Shown: piece by piece, positions 26,911 through 40,693 of the stretch
Layout of the letters: each line of letters starts with the position of its first letter
How positions within the stretch are numbered: position 1 is the first letter of the stretch
Assembly: GCA_009103225.1 (NCBI GenBank)
Contig: RHPI01003642.1
Coordinates: forward strand, 1-64,000
Length of the DNA: 64,000 nt
Direction of reading: 5' to 3'
Source: Chlorokybus atmophyticus
Taxonomy: Eukaryota > Plantae > Mesostigma and Chlorokybus algae
Notes under the pieces: model-generated
Seen by the model: only the letters and a program-made list of their open reading frames with translations
Databases searched by the model: none
Told to the model about the DNA's origin: nothing
Made by a program: the position numbers and the translations under genes

Positions 26911-28627
26911 CTACGGTAACTTGCTGTGAGTCTCGTCTTGCTTTGTTGGAGCATCAACGACTATTGAAACTACAGTCGGCGCCTTGCTTTCAAGGTGCGA
27001 GCCAGCTGGAGGACACAAACCCGCCACAGAGTCAGGTTTACTTTCTGATGCTTGGGATTCTGGAGTACTCAGCTCATCTGCGCTGGCACGCACGGGACGC
27101 TTGTAATACATGGCGTACAGCACCAACTGTATGATTCCAAGTATGCTGCCCAACACATTGGGTACCTGCAATACAGCAGAAGTTGAGGTAACCAGCAAGC
27201 AGTGTGCACAACCAGCATTGGAAGGACTGCTCACCATGACATAGACGTCCCGCACATATATACCATATGTACCGAAGCAGGCAGCGCAGAGGAAGGTACA
27301 CAGCGACAGCAAGAACGGCATGTACTCGGTGCTTTTAGTTGTGATGACCAACCGCTGTGCAGCAAAGAAAAAAATTGTAAGCCAACAGCACTACAAGCAG
27401 TGTGACATTAAGTTGGCCACGACACCGTGCTTGCCAGTGTGAACATGCAGGCAAAGACCCTACCATAGCTGCAAGTGGGGATGCGAACATGCTCGTTGCC
27501 CAGATAGCGCCCAACACGCCAAGAACGGTAGTATCTGTATCCCCTCGTGGAATTGCAGAGGACAGCACGAGCACTGACAATGTGACTGTGTACACCAGCG
27601 CGGGACCGAGCAGCTTAAAGGCAAAATTTCTCTGCACCACACACAGAGGCCACGGAATGGAGCAGATGATGTGTGGGTGTGATGTCTAGCAAGTGTGTCA
27701 TCACGGGCTGCAGATGCGTACCCGCTGCTGGCCCCGGGAGTATCTGAGGTATATTGAAACATAGATGGCTTCTAGTACAGCGCCAACACCATTGCACACC
27801 AGGACAGCATAACTGCAGCACAGGGGCAGCAATGCAAGTCCACAACATCAACAACCAGTATAAGAAAAGGTGGCACATGGACCATGCTGGCGCATGCAGC
27901 AAATCATTGCATACTTACCGACTAGCAGTAACAAACGGCAGCGAGTACAGCGTCCATGTCACGCAGTTGCACAGCGTCACCGCGTATGGGACTCCTGAGA
28001 AATCTTCGATCGACCGAGTCTTTCTGATTTGCCAAAACGTACGCCTGCATGCGTGGTGACCATTGGACTGCGGGCCGATAGGACACATTTACTCGAGCTG
28101 CTTACAATGCATGCAAAGTAGTGGTGTGTGGTGCTTACACTGGAGAAAGAAATAGTGCGATTGCCGCCGCAGCCCCTGCATGCATGAGACAACTCAGCAC
28201 ACGCATGCAGCAACCCGTCGAAGCAATGCTGTTGTACTCTTTGTTTGTGTTCATGCAAGCCCGTCTAAGACGTGCTTGACAGCGTGAGCTCCCAGTCAGA
28301 AAGTCCGTTCAGACGCCATGAACTATGCAACTCGTGACAAGCATGGAATAGCAGAGAAAGCTCTTTGCTGCAAGGAAATTGCAGCATTGATTGACACTTT
28401 AACTGCACCATGGATATATTACATTAACTTATCTACCGCCAGGGCTTTGAGCGTATTTGGCTATCGGCATGCATGCATACCCAGCTGCATGCCTCGCCCA
28501 ATGACCCCTAGCTACTCAATAAATTCAGTCCAATGAGCCGTCACTGTCTCACACTCACCACAATCCAGTAAGGCTTACCGGCGTAGCCCACAGCTGCTTT
28601 CACAGTCGGGTCAATATGCCACGACAT
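26911..28627 (-). CDS. SWEET: SWEET/MtN3 sugar transporter, 6 coding exons and a probable 5-prime UTR intron
   Basis: AVGYAGAAAAIALFLSPVRTFWQIRKTRSIEDFSGVPY..; SMFASPLAAM|RLVITTKSTEYMPFLLS..|VPNVLGSILGIIQLVLY (two MtN3 repeats). Confidence 0.92.
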
Positions 28628-29629
28628 GCTGCTCCTTCACGCACGACTTAGACCAATCAGTGTTGCTGATCTCACCGACCTGCAAGCGGGAGACGTCGTT
28701 GAGCAAGAGCAGAAAAGAGATTACAACACAAACACTGACTTGAGAACAAACACTTCTACCGCTTAGAGCTAACACTACCGCTGCGCCAATCACATGCAGA
28801 TCAAGGTAGCATACGCAACACAGCACAGGGCATGCAGCCTGCATAGCAACGAGTCGCCGATGATCAAGAAAAGCATCCACTCCTGCACTCGCGTTGGAAT
28901 TCCATAGAAGCCGTTTGCACAAGACCACACCCAGTCAGCCTGCCTCTGTGCCAGCGCCGGCGGCAGCGGTGATGATATCGTTCTCCCTTCTCCTGTTGCC
29001 GCCGCACATTCGAGATGAGAGAGAGTCGGCGTCGACAGCAACGACGACGGCGCGCACGGCTGCAACGTCAAGCACCGCATCGCCGTGTGGGCTGGTTGGC
29101 GCGGCCCGATTAGGCTGGCACTAGCAGGTTAGGCCTAAGCGTTAAGCTCCGCTGCCGGACATGTTGAGACTGCGCCGGTAGCACGACTGGTATGTCAGCG
29201 CACTACATGCCGGCCACGTTGTCCGGGTTAGGCAGCTTTATTGCATGAGCACAGCGCAGCCCCGGATGAGGTCGCATGTTCAGCACTTCAGCTCGACACT
29301 TTTGGCTTTTGTCAGAAGTGTGTGCACCGTTTGCTTACCCCCGCTGAAAGCATACTGGCTATAGACTATAGACGCAGAATGATGGTAGGGATCCATCCAA
29401 TCAACGCTGCCATGACTTACCGTACCATACAACGAGCAGGCGATGATGTTGTTCAAATGTCCAATCATAAAAGCACAGGTATTGAATTTGTCAATGTATT
29501 ATTGAGAAATCGGGTACATTGATCACCGGTAATCACGGACATCGGCAATTAGGCGCGTGGTTATTTTAGCAACAGTTAAACGCTCTACTTCTTGACCTCT
29601 GTCATCAATACAAACTCCCCTTACAAACA

Positions 29630-29718
29630 ACGCCCCCAGCCCCCCCCCCCCCTTTTCAAGATCGATGGGGGGGGGTTGTAGTACGGGGGTATTCGACAAA
29701 ACATACCCGTATACGGTG
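29630..29718. mobile_element. Second pogo/MITE-like terminus
   Basis: Same layout as 4487-4591 (C-tract, G-tract, GGGGG..TTCGA) ending TATACGGTG; no partner end or TSD found. Confidence 0.3.
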
Positions 29719-30505
29719 AGTGGCATGTGGATGTCTGATCAATTGGTGTAAGTAACCTAATGTCGTATACCGGTAGTTCTAGCAACCACGACGATTATTT
29801 CAACTTGGTGCATTGTTGGGTTGCAGGGGTGCACATGTCACTCTGTTTCACCATTACATCAAGTAATGCGTAGCGTTACACAAAAGAATATCAATGAACA
29901 TGAAGGTTGAACTTTATCTTGTAATGCAAACAACATCAAATATGATGAGCACAATTGGGTTACTAATATCGGCTCTTAAAGTCATACAGTTCATTATTCT
30001 TTGTCGCCGACATGCATGCGTTACAACACGGCGTGAGGGAAGAGATGCGACATCAATGTTATCAAATTGCACATTAAATAAGTTGACTATGCAAAGTGAT
30101 GTTCATATCATGTGCAAAGCGATTAATATGCATGTAGTGCAAAACACAACAAAGTGATCATTGCCTATCATAGTTCACTTGTATGTTACAAGGGTATGGC
30201 TAGTTGTAATACAGGTATAGTGCAACCAATCACATTGGTGAAATACAAATGGCTGTGCTTGCCTGCATGTTGACAATGACCGTGTATACACACATGCACC
30301 GCATTGCATACTTTGTACAGAATTTAGTCCGATGTGCCCCAATGACTGACACTGCAGTGTCTCAAGTCGCGAGTTGCCGGCATGGTTGTGGGTATGCCAT
30401 CAAACCCACTTAACCTTAGCAACACCTACTGTAACTGCAGACCTGTCCTTACATACAAACAGCGCAATCACCAACCCCAACCACAAGAATTGTGATACAA
30501 GCTCT

Positions 30506-32454
30506 TCATTGAATCAGACAGCACGTGTTGTGCTTCTTGGCAGTTTTGTAGAACATCTGCGGCACAGCGAGCCTGGTAAATACACGCAACACAAGCACAA
30601 CTCGTACTGCAAAGTAGGTCAACATGACACCACACCTGCGAAGCCATTGAAAGATCGGTGCTTTTGCTAACAAGAGTGTCCAACTTTTCGCCCCTTGCCA
30701 ATACGCTATCAATGGTTTTGTGCTGCAGAGCCCCACGGTCAGCATTAGAATCAAGCACTGTACTAGGTTGCTAACTACACAAGGTGAAAAGTAATTGAAC
30801 AGTGTGCAATCTACTACCAGAATGATCTTTGTCTCATCAAGCTCTTGCTGAATCTTCATCAACTTGTCCGCTTGTGAAGGATCCTACGCACGCTCTGTCA
30901 GCAGGGAGCACACCACATAGCGGCATACAGATGTGGAGAAAAACACCAACATCTACCTGATATTTGACAATCGCATCTTGCAAAACTGGCACTTGAGCGG
31001 CACTGTCTTCCGTCACAGCTTTCCATGTGTCTCCAGCATACGCCATGTAGTCATCAAGGACCTGATGGAAGGTTACATGGTAGATTAGCAGCAAGCGGCA
31101 AGTCATCTTAAAAGCACACAACAACAGTACACCTGTACAATGTTGCCAATAACTGGTGGGTACCTTGTTGATGACGCAGAATGCACTTCTGAGGGGATAC
31201 GCGTTATCTACTACTGCAATTCCACACAGCCCTGATCGGTTGTGGCAATGACATATGTAACCTGCAAGCCACATCTGCAATCAATGAAGGCAGATCATAA
31301 ATGCAATTCGTGACGGTAGTTCAAACCACGAAGCACGAGGACGCAACCAGCATAGCATGCCAACAACTTTGATCATAGGCAGGGCAGATTCACACGATCT
31401 ACGACTGAAGCCCTCAAGTTAACACATCTACTTCCTTCCTGCACCGTCTGCAACATAAACCGTCTACTCATGGTGGAACTTGGGGCATAGCTTCATTCAG
31501 AGTAAGGAGAAACCCTGTGCCTTCTGGTCTGGAGCTACACCCATGCCAGGCCTGCAGCCTACACACAGTCATGGGGAGTGATGGCGAGGAGTGTCTCGCA
31601 ACAACCTGCTAGCTACTCCAAGTATATTGTCAAGGTAGGTTGAAGGCTAGCCTCTCTTGTCTCTCAATCAGGTTAACATCACAAGCATGCCTAGAGACTG
31701 GCATCGCTGCAATGGATGCTAGCATGCCTAATGCGCCAAATAAGAAACGAGGCGCCTGACTAGGACCATGAATATTGCACGTGCACGCAAATTCAGAACA
31801 CAACATCTAGCATCCCAGAGAGAGCCACAAGCTTGGCAAAATTGGCTACAACAGCACACGATTGACAAATTTGCCACATAATTGGTTTCGTTATGGCTTG
31901 CACAGCCATAACGAAGACAACCAAGACAGCATGTGGTACAGATTAAATAAAAAAAAAGTCCTCTGCAGCTGGTGAACAAAACACTGACCAAGTGACGATG
32001 ATGAATGCAGCACACATAGTAAACTACTGAATGGCGGTTGACCGTATGTTGACTAGTTGCAACACATGGCTGCGTGTAAGCTAACTACAACCGTACGCCG
32101 CAGGCAGTTGAGGAAGTGGGCGTGCCTGCTAGCATGCTACTGAAGGTCATTTAGGAAACGACATCAAGCTCGTGTTGCGGCGCATACTGTTACACCCTAA
32201 TCCAGCCGAAACGCAAAGCGAGGAGAACTGCACAAGCAAGCATTCAGGCCAAATCAGCCACCTTCGTGCTCAACGGACTGGCGCGTGCCGGGGGCAGTGC
32301 GTTTGGCGACGGTCCTAGCGACGAAGGTGGCCATCTCCTTAACGCTGCTCCGTTGGAAGTACCCGAAGTTGCTCACATCCGCCGCCATGCCCAGCAGTGT
32401 CGCCTCCCCCACCTCTCCGTTCCATCGCAGCAACGCCAGCGCCGTTATCTTCAT
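30506..32454 (-). CDS. YKT6: R-SNARE YKT6
   Basis: MKITALALLRW..AADVSNFGYFQRSSVKEMATFVARTVAKRT..RQSVEHE; KIQQELDETKIIL|HKTIDSVLARGEKLDTLVSKSTDLSMASQ|MFYKTAKKHNTCCLIQ (C-terminal CCAIM-like box). Confidence 0.95.
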
Positions 32455-32973
32455 CTCCCCCTCTCCCGCTGTCTACCTCAACCCTCTCGCGTTGCCGCCA
32501 CCTCCTAGCCTACCACCAGCCTCTCACTGTCAGGCCGACTCAGCTGGCTCCAGGCCTGCACATCAGCTCTCCAGCAGCGATAGCCAGGGGATGAAGACGC
32601 CTTGCCTAGTACTTGGGCAAGCTGCTGTGTGCGTGAAAGCTCAACCAAGCACGCCCGGCCAACGCCGCAAAGACAACTTCTCCGCTTGGCAACTTGCTGC
32701 CGGTTCCCTTGCGTGCTGGTCCTTGTCTCCTCCTCCTGCTTGCCGTCAGCTGCCGCCGCGCCTGCGGTCGGATCAGCGCCTCGACACGTGTCCGTTGATG
32801 GAGTCAGCCAGCTGTCAACACAGCAGACGTCCGTGCTTGTCATGCGCACAAGGATTGTGCGCAGCGCACAGCAAATTAGCTGAGGTTAGGGTTTGTTAGG
32901 TCTGTTGGCGGGGGGGTGGGAGGGGGTTGTAGCGGCGGTGTCGTGCTTGTAGGCGTCTGGCCTGCCGAGAGGG

Positions 32974-34680
32974 ATGGCGTCCAAGCTGCCAGAGCTGCAA
33001 AAGCTGTTTGACAGCTTCAAACAGGCGTACGCCGTCGGGGATCTCAAGCGCTGCAGCGACTTACTGGTCCAGCTGAAGGTGTGCGTGTGTGCGGGCCCTG
33101 GCAATTGCTTGTTCTGCTGCTCTAGCGCAGGCGTTACAAGCACAGATACATAAGTGGCGTACTGATGTTTTAATGTGCATGCTGTGGTCCTGCATTACCA
33201 CATGTGAAGGACACTTGCAGCTCATTTAGTCACAAGCTTTTGCGACATCCACGTTGTTAGTGCATGTTTTTGTAATATTACCAATTGTCCGGTGAAGTAA
33301 CAGCAGCTCTCAATTACAGTAGCAGTTAGCACTCGTCGTAAGTCACAGCATGCTGTATGATTGTCATCGCATCGACGCATGTGCCACTTCATCCCAGACA
33401 AGGCTTTCCTCCACATTACATGAACTCATCTCCACAAGTTTATGTAATCATGATGATAACATCAACTCGTGGAGATGTGGTAGATGAGTTCATTGGCCGC
33501 TACGAATGCTGAATATGATTTGTTGTTTATTCAGATCAAGTTGACGGAGTTCTCTTCCCTGCCACCACTGTACAAGGAGTCGCAAAGCTCCATTCAAGAG
33601 CTCACCGTCGCAAGTACGTGCTACATCGCTGACAATTTGGCTTTGAAACGCCATTACATACACGTTGACAACGTGCAACATGATGCTCAAGAGCATTTGG
33701 CCAACAGGAGACATTTTGGAGCATGCAGTCTTGCTGAGTGTCCGGTTGCGCGACGAGGCAGCTTTTGAGCGCAACTTTCAACAATTGAAGGCATACTACA
33801 CAGACACAACGTGCGCGCTTGCAGCATGTCCCAGCTACCATCATTGGTGGGTTGCATATTGTCCAGCTGCAAAACTCTTGTCGTCACTTGCAGGCATCTT
33901 TTAGCACCATCCGCGCAACAGTATTGCATCACTGGGCTCAACCTGTTGCGGCTACTTGTGCAAAATCGCATTGCCGAGTTTCACACAGAGGTGGAGCTTA
34001 TCCCACCTCAGGCTCAGGTATGTAGTGTTTGGACATGGACGTCACAACTGTTTACAGCTTGCTGGCAGCACGCATATACAATATGGTATGGCATGGCTGT
34101 GGCTTGAGATGGTCACGTGCAGGCAAGTCCACACATCCACCATGCGATTGCAGTTGAGCAAAGCCTTATGGAGGGCGCATACAATAAGGTGTTGTCTGCC
34201 CGGAATGACATTCCAGATTCCGCTTATGGCTACTTCATGGACTTGCTCATAACGACTGTAAGGTGGGGTTATGTTTGTAGGTTTGCACTTTGTGTCTCAA
34301 GATCGCAATGATGTTGTTCTCAACTGCTTATCTTTTTGGTCACTGCCAGGGATGAGGTTGCTGGGTGTAGTGAGAAGGCTTACACATCTCTGAAGTTAGG
34401 TGATGCGCGCAAGATGATGATGTTGCCATCCGATGCAGAAGCCCTTGAGTATGCACAACAGGTATGGTCTTTGCAGTGCAATGCGCAATAACATGTACCA
34501 GCTGCGCAACTTGATTTTGCTTATAACAGCGTGTTCTTTTTGCTGCAGAGGGGTTGGGAAGTGCGAGACTCAACGATTTACTTTACAACCAAAGAAATGA
34601 CAGCCTGCCGAGAGCTCCCATCCCTCCAGATCATAGATCAGACATTAGCGTATGCTAGGGAGTTGGAGCGCATAGTCTGA
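32974..34680 (+). CDS. RPN12: 26S proteasome regulatory subunit RPN12
   Basis: DILEHAVLLSV..FERNFQQLKAYY; ITGLNLLRLLVQNRIAEFHTEVE; AVEQSLMEGAYNKV; TVRDEVAGCSEKAY; TLAYARELERIV*. Confidence 0.95.
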
Positions 34681-35300
34681 CCACGTTGGTTGGGATCTAC
34701 CTCCTCAGCTTGTTGCTGTTGCACTAATCAGCTGCAACCACGACCTTGCCAGCATGTTTGGTGTAACCTGTGCCAGGAAGTCTCTCCAGATTTTGCAGCG
34801 AAGCAGGTCTTCCGAGCTGGTGCATGCGGGCAAAACCAGCCATGACAAGCACGTGAGAGTGGTACTTCATTGCAGATGTTGGCAAATTTGTCAAGCGCGA
34901 ACACATTTGCTAGTAGGCAATCTGCGAGCTTTCTAGAAACGTCAATGGGATGTCAGCATACAATTCACACAAGCAGCATGCTGAGTACACATACCAACCC
35001 CACCACCCAACCCCAACCAGCACCTAACCAGCCCAGCACCCAAACCGAACACAGCACAGCCTGTGCGGAGGGCACTGGACCAGGCACTGCTGACGTCGGC
35101 AGTGCAACGCAACTACGACACAACCCAGCAAACCCTGCTGCGTCGCTAGCAGAGGGCGAGGAAGGAGGCGGAGCCAGGGAGAGAGGGAGGGGGAGTCCTG
35201 GTCGCCAATGTGCATGCTGTCTGCGTGACCGAAAGCGCCAACAACTGACCAACGCCCATGTGGGCAGGTGATTACCAACTGCATATTGACTGCTGCATGT

Positions 35301-35468
35301 CTAACGGGGTAGAGGCAGTAGATTAGCGTGCTAGTAGTAGCCCGGTGGTCAACTAATTGTCATTTGTACGACACCTTGCATGTGTTGCTGCGTGCTGACT
35401 GAACTACACATTATGCATGCGCATGCATGTCCTGCATTTGATGTATACCCCTCTCGCATTTCCTGTAC
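35301..35468 (+). repeat. Dispersed repeat, copy C
   Basis: CTAACGGGGT (35301), AGTAGCCCGGTGGTC (35336-35350), TATACCCCTCTCGCATTTCCTGTAC (35444-35468). Confidence 0.75.
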
Positions 35469-35952
35469 ATTGCCTGCGCACCCGCACGTATGTTGCGTAA
35501 CAACCTCCACAATGGCTGCATCTCGTGTGCACATCAGTTTGTTGCGTGCTACATGACTCAGCACACCCTCCTGCGGACCACTCCTTGCGGAGATAGTGCA
35601 TTAGCGCCAACATCGCTCACTCGTGGCTCAAGGTTCCTGGCTGTCCAAAATTATAGAACAAAGCATTGCATGTGTACTGGGTAAGCTACGCATGCTAGCA
35701 TATGTGTGCAACTGGGCACATGCCGGTCGAATACACCAGCATACTACTTTCATTCCCCATACTATACTGGTACATTTACATGGTGTATACTATACACCTT
35801 TCCTGAGTAATGTATATACAAACACGTCAATGTACATGTGCCAGCAAGCGTGGGCAGCGCCAGGCCGGGACACGCTTGCGCTCCACCGGCTTGTTGGTTT
35901 GACGTTAGTATACATACGGGCTTCAAGTGCCTTGTTGGACTTGCGAGGCGCG

Positions 35953-37017
35953 TCAAACCTTGATACGCCGTTCACTGTAGTTGATCGGGTAGTCGTTTGC
36001 GCTCATGTCTCGGCGGCGCATGAGACCCCTGTCGTCAAACTCCCAGTGCTCATTCCCGTGCGTGCGGTACCACTGACCCGTGTCGTCATGCCATTCGTAC
36101 TCGAACCGCACCTGCTTCACCAGGACAATGCGTGCTGTGACTGCTGCGACGACACATGCTGTGCTTGTGTGCACACGTACAGTCATGTGAACAACTAACT
36201 CTCATGCGTGCATGTGCAAGCAGCAAACTGCTTCACACCGATATGCGGTCGCCTTGGTAGCACCACAGCTCCTTCATCAGCTTGTAGTCCAGCTCCTTGG
36301 ACCACTTGCGCGTGAGGAACTCCTTGATGGCCTGCCGCCCGCGGAAGAACTCCGTCCGGTTGCGCCAGTCGCTGTCCTCCGTGTATGCCTGAGCCACCCG
36401 CTCCGGGTCTCTGCTGTTCCAGGCATCCTCCGCAAGCTGCACCTGCAGCGCACAGCTGTGTTCCATTTCTGCACACAATGCAAATATGCAGTCCTATGGT
36501 ATTCATTGCGTGCATGCGACACTGCATTCTATGGTCAACCTTCACAACCATCAGGTCCTCCGCACAGTGCTTGACTGTGGCAATGATGTGAAACGCATGC
36601 ATGCAAGCATTTGCAATGAGACATAGGCCAAGAGCTAGGATTCCTCCTTCTGTGTGACACGTGGTCAGCATGATCCTGTGCGCCCGCTTGGCTGAAGGCT
36701 ATTGTTTTGGGACGCATGCAACACCTGGAACCAGAAGTATGTGGCCAACTTGTGCACATTGCACGCATGCACAGAATGCAGCATTCCGCAGCCGCAGCAG
36801 CACTAGCCCTCGTCCGCATTCTTACCTTGATCCTGGCGGTCTCTTCATTGAACGGCGGCCGGGGCGGCTTCGCCTCAGTCTCTGCGGGCGCGGACGCCAT
36901 TGCCGAAGCCGCGAAACAGTGCTGAAGCAGCACCGGCCTGCTGCCTGCACTGAAGCCCCACACCCGCCTCGCTACCGCCGCCAGCGCCATGCCGTGCCTT
37001 GCCATTGCATGCAGCAT
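35953..37017 (-). CDS. DUF1348 (SnoaL/NTF2-like) protein with an N-terminal organellar-presequence-like extension, 3 exons
   Basis: [12 protein letters not shown]|[51 protein letters not shown]..|[40 protein letters not shown]. The exact start Met is uncertain. Confidence 0.9.
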
Positions 37018-37593
37018 TCATCAATCAACCTCCAATGCCAATTGTGGTAGCCTGCCAGTGGTACTGCGGGCAGGCGAATGACATTCAAGGGTGTCCCGTC
37101 ATGCCTTGAGAGAGAGAGCCTGATTTCTGGTAGCGCAGTACTGATAAGGCGGATTCCATGGAAAAACATCACTCACGCTTGGCCGCATCTTACCGGTAAT
37201 CACTGCAGTGGTCCGACGTGGCAAAGCTGCGTGTTCGAGGCATTGTGTTGGCGCTGACGTCAAGCTGCCAGTGGTGAAAGCGGCGGCGGTGCAGGCGTCG
37301 TCGGCGTCGTCAGCGCTGCAACACTCCAGGCGAGGTGTGCGCGAGGAGTGAATGCTTGGTTGACGTGTGTGCACGGTTGAGCTAGTAGAATATAGACGGA
37401 CGCACTCGACTTCCGCTGGGTCTTGCTGCCGACCCAGTGATTTCTTGAGCAACACAGTGGCTGCCGCTGCCGCTGCTGATGTTGCTGCGCTCACCTACCG
37501 CATTGCCGCAGCCCCTAGTTTGTCACTTAACGCAAGCAACTGAGTCGGCTGCTGTCTTGTCTTGTTAACACAAGGTGTGCGTTGCAGACCGAA

Positions 37594-40138
37594 ATGGCAA
37601 TGGAAAAGGACCCTCTTTATCAGCTCGGGACGGAAGATTACCAAGTTGTGGTGTTTCCCAAGTATGAAGCCAAAGCGGGTTCTAGCAGCAGAGGCGGCGC
37701 CTTATTCATGGCATTGCTGCTGGCAGTGATCGCCTTCTTGGGCTACACTCGCCCAGTGCTTGGCGCCGTCCTGGCAATCCTGGGCTCTGCCGTCTACGCC
37801 TACGGCTGGTACCCCGCCTGGAGACTGCGACACATACCTGGCCCTGAGCCAAAATGGCTTGTTGGCAACCTGGCGGAGTACCGCAGGTACAACAACCTGT
37901 GTTTCAGTGTCCATAATTGCGGCTGCTTGACTCGTGCTTTCTTGTCCCCTTGTGCATGGCTGCTTGCCGCGCATGGCTCCTCATCCTGGTTTTTCTGCTG
38001 TATGCGCTGCATGTGAACAAACAGGATGTGAATGGTGCCATGCGCATTGTTGAGCAGTGCACTTACCCAGACATTTCATGTTTGGGTCCCATGCTGGCGT
38101 ATGCCATGCCCATTGTTGAGCAGTTCATGTTCTCAAAAATTGTATGTTTGGAATGCGTGCAGCCTTATGCCGCACATAGCTCTGAAACTCTGGTCCGACA
38201 AGTACGGCCCTGTCGTGAAGTACTGCATCGGGCACACGCCGGCTGTGGCCGTCTGCGATGCCGACCTCGTAAAGGAGGTCACCATCAAGCAGTTCAAAAA
38301 CTTCCACGATCGCATGCGCAACCCGCTGCTGCCTCCCAGGGCCGAGCTGGGCCTCGTGTTCAGCAGGTGCATTGGGTTGCATGCGAGATGGCTTGCGTTT
38401 CAGTCATGACTGCATTTTTGTTTAATCAAGCTTGAAGCTGCTACACTCTGCAGGGGTACGTACTGGGAAGGGGTGCGCAACAATGCCATGCCTCTGTTTC
38501 ATAGTCAGCGGTTGGCAAAGTACGGGCCTCAGATTAACATAGAAGCAGAGAAGCTGATCAAGCGTCTGGAGGATGTCCCGAAAGGCGAGTTCTTACCGAT
38601 CTCGGTTTGGATCAAGCAGATGACTCTGGATGTCATCGGCAGCACCGTGTTTGGACAGGAGTTTGCTGCGCAGCGCGACAGCAGTTCTGGTTTGGGGGCA
38701 GCTGTCAACAACCTGGTCAGCTTTGACAAGTTGCCCCTGTCAATCCTGGTTGCCTTCTTCGTGCCGGAGCTGGCCCCGATTGTCTGGGCAGCGATGCTGC
38801 GCATACCTTCCACATCAGAGCATCAGATGTCCAAGGTAAGGGGCTTCGTTGTCCAGCCTCCAGTGTTGTCTTTGTCAGCACATTTTTTATCGTATCAATT
38901 GTTGTTGTTTGTTTTTAAGTTGTGCATGGAAAGAACTGTGCACCAGGCAAGTACAGCACTGTGCTTGCAAAAACTTGTGCATTGGTGCATTTGTGTGTGA
39001 TGATGTATGCGCGTCATGATCTGATTATGTGTACATGTCAACGTGCAGTTGCGCGAGGTTGCTTTGGAGCACTGCATGAAGACTTTGCAAAATCGGAAGC
39101 ATGACGCCGACGCTGACAACATGTTTGACTTTATGACAATGCTTATGCGCTCAAAGAACAAGGAGACCGGTCAAAGCCTTTCTGACGATGAGACAACAAC
39201 TCAAGCCTTTGATATGATTGGTGTGTGCGGCACGTGTGTCTCACAATGCTGTGGAATTGCAGCAGAGTACTAATAATCGCGACTGTTGCAGGTGCGGGAT
39301 TTGATACAACAGCCAATGCGTAAGTAGAAAATGCACATTATGTGACCACGATGAAGTGGTGTGCATGCTACGTACTAGATATTAGTAGGCTCCGTTTGCA
39401 CATAGCAAGTATCAGAAGCTGACAGCTCTGTGCAAAAGGCTGGCGTTTGCGGTGCACCTTATTGCGCAGCATCCTGGGGTAGAGGCGAGATTGCTGCAGG
39501 AGATTGACGCCTTTGGTGATCGCCTGCCAACTTTTGAAGATCTCAGCGACTTCCCATATGTTGGTAAGTCAAGGTAGCGGAGTTCGTGGATGCTTGGTTA
39601 CCAACTTCCTGAGGCACCCACCTGCATGCAGAGGCTGTGTTCAAGGAGACCATGCGCGTGCATCCTCCAATCGCAAACTTCTCACGCGAGGCCATCAACC
39701 CCACCACGATTGCGGGCTACCACATTCCCAAGGGAGTCAGCGTTGTCACTGGAACGTACGCTCTGCACATGAACCCTGAGCATTTTGCGAATCCGACCAA
39801 GTTCCAGCCGGAGCGCTTCATGCCTGAATCCGAAGAAAACAAGCGAAGGCATCCGTATGCATATGTTCCGTTTGGAGCAGGCCCCAGGTAGGCTTCTGAT
39901 GTGGCAGTTGTCGAATCTTGCTTACATGCTTGCCAATGGTCGCTGACTGCATGCTTGTGATGACAGGATGTGCCTTGGCTACAAGTTTGCTCTGGAAGAA
40001 GCCAAGCTTACGCTCATTCGTGTGTATAAGCGCTTTACTTTCCGTTTGAAGCCTGGCACTGAGGGGCCACTCAAGATTCGCAGTGCGCTCATCAATCGTC
40101 CTCTTAACCCTGTCATGGTGTCGGTGCATCCTCGTTGA
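37594..40138 (+). CDS. Cytochrome P450, CYP711(MAX1)-like clan
   Basis: TM anchor then IPGP; KYGPV; I-helix AGFDTTANA; K-helix KETMR; PERF; heme motif PFGAGPR|MCLG; about 9 exons. Clan placement is my inference from the N-terminal half. Confidence 0.9.
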
Positions 40139-40693
40139 GTCAATATAAGGGTGTCGTACAGCCCATTTTGTTGATGCACATGTGGGGCTGTGTATATAGT
40201 CGTCATGCAGTGTTATTTATCACTAGCCAACTGCTGTTCTTGTGCAATTCCTGTCTGACTGGCCACCTCGCCTTGACAGTGTCGTGTCACATGTAAGTGA
40301 CGAGAATTTGCTGCGTAGACGCATGTACTAGTCATAGGTGATGTCGTAGACCCTGACCTTGGCCTTGTGCTGGTCATTTGCAATCATGTTTGCCCTTGTT
40401 CGTTTTGCTGGTAACCATGTTACTGCCAGTGGCAGGTGCCTATGAGTCTGCCACTGGCTGGTGCCTTTGAGAGGACAATTGAAAAGTCTACGTCAGATGG
40501 CAAGCACTGCAACCCGTGTTCTAATGCACGGTCGCAATCACATGATTGGATTCTGAGCATTGCAACACTATAATACAGCTATTCATACAGGCATAGTGTC
40601 ACCTGCCATACGTAGATACACATACGTGCACAAAGCTTGCCATGTATGATTTGCCTCTTCCATGTTGTGTATACTGCAAGCCATCCGCATACA

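Noticed and set aside
32885-32900. Telomere-like TTAGGG
   Set aside because: Single occurrence in a promoter, no array.
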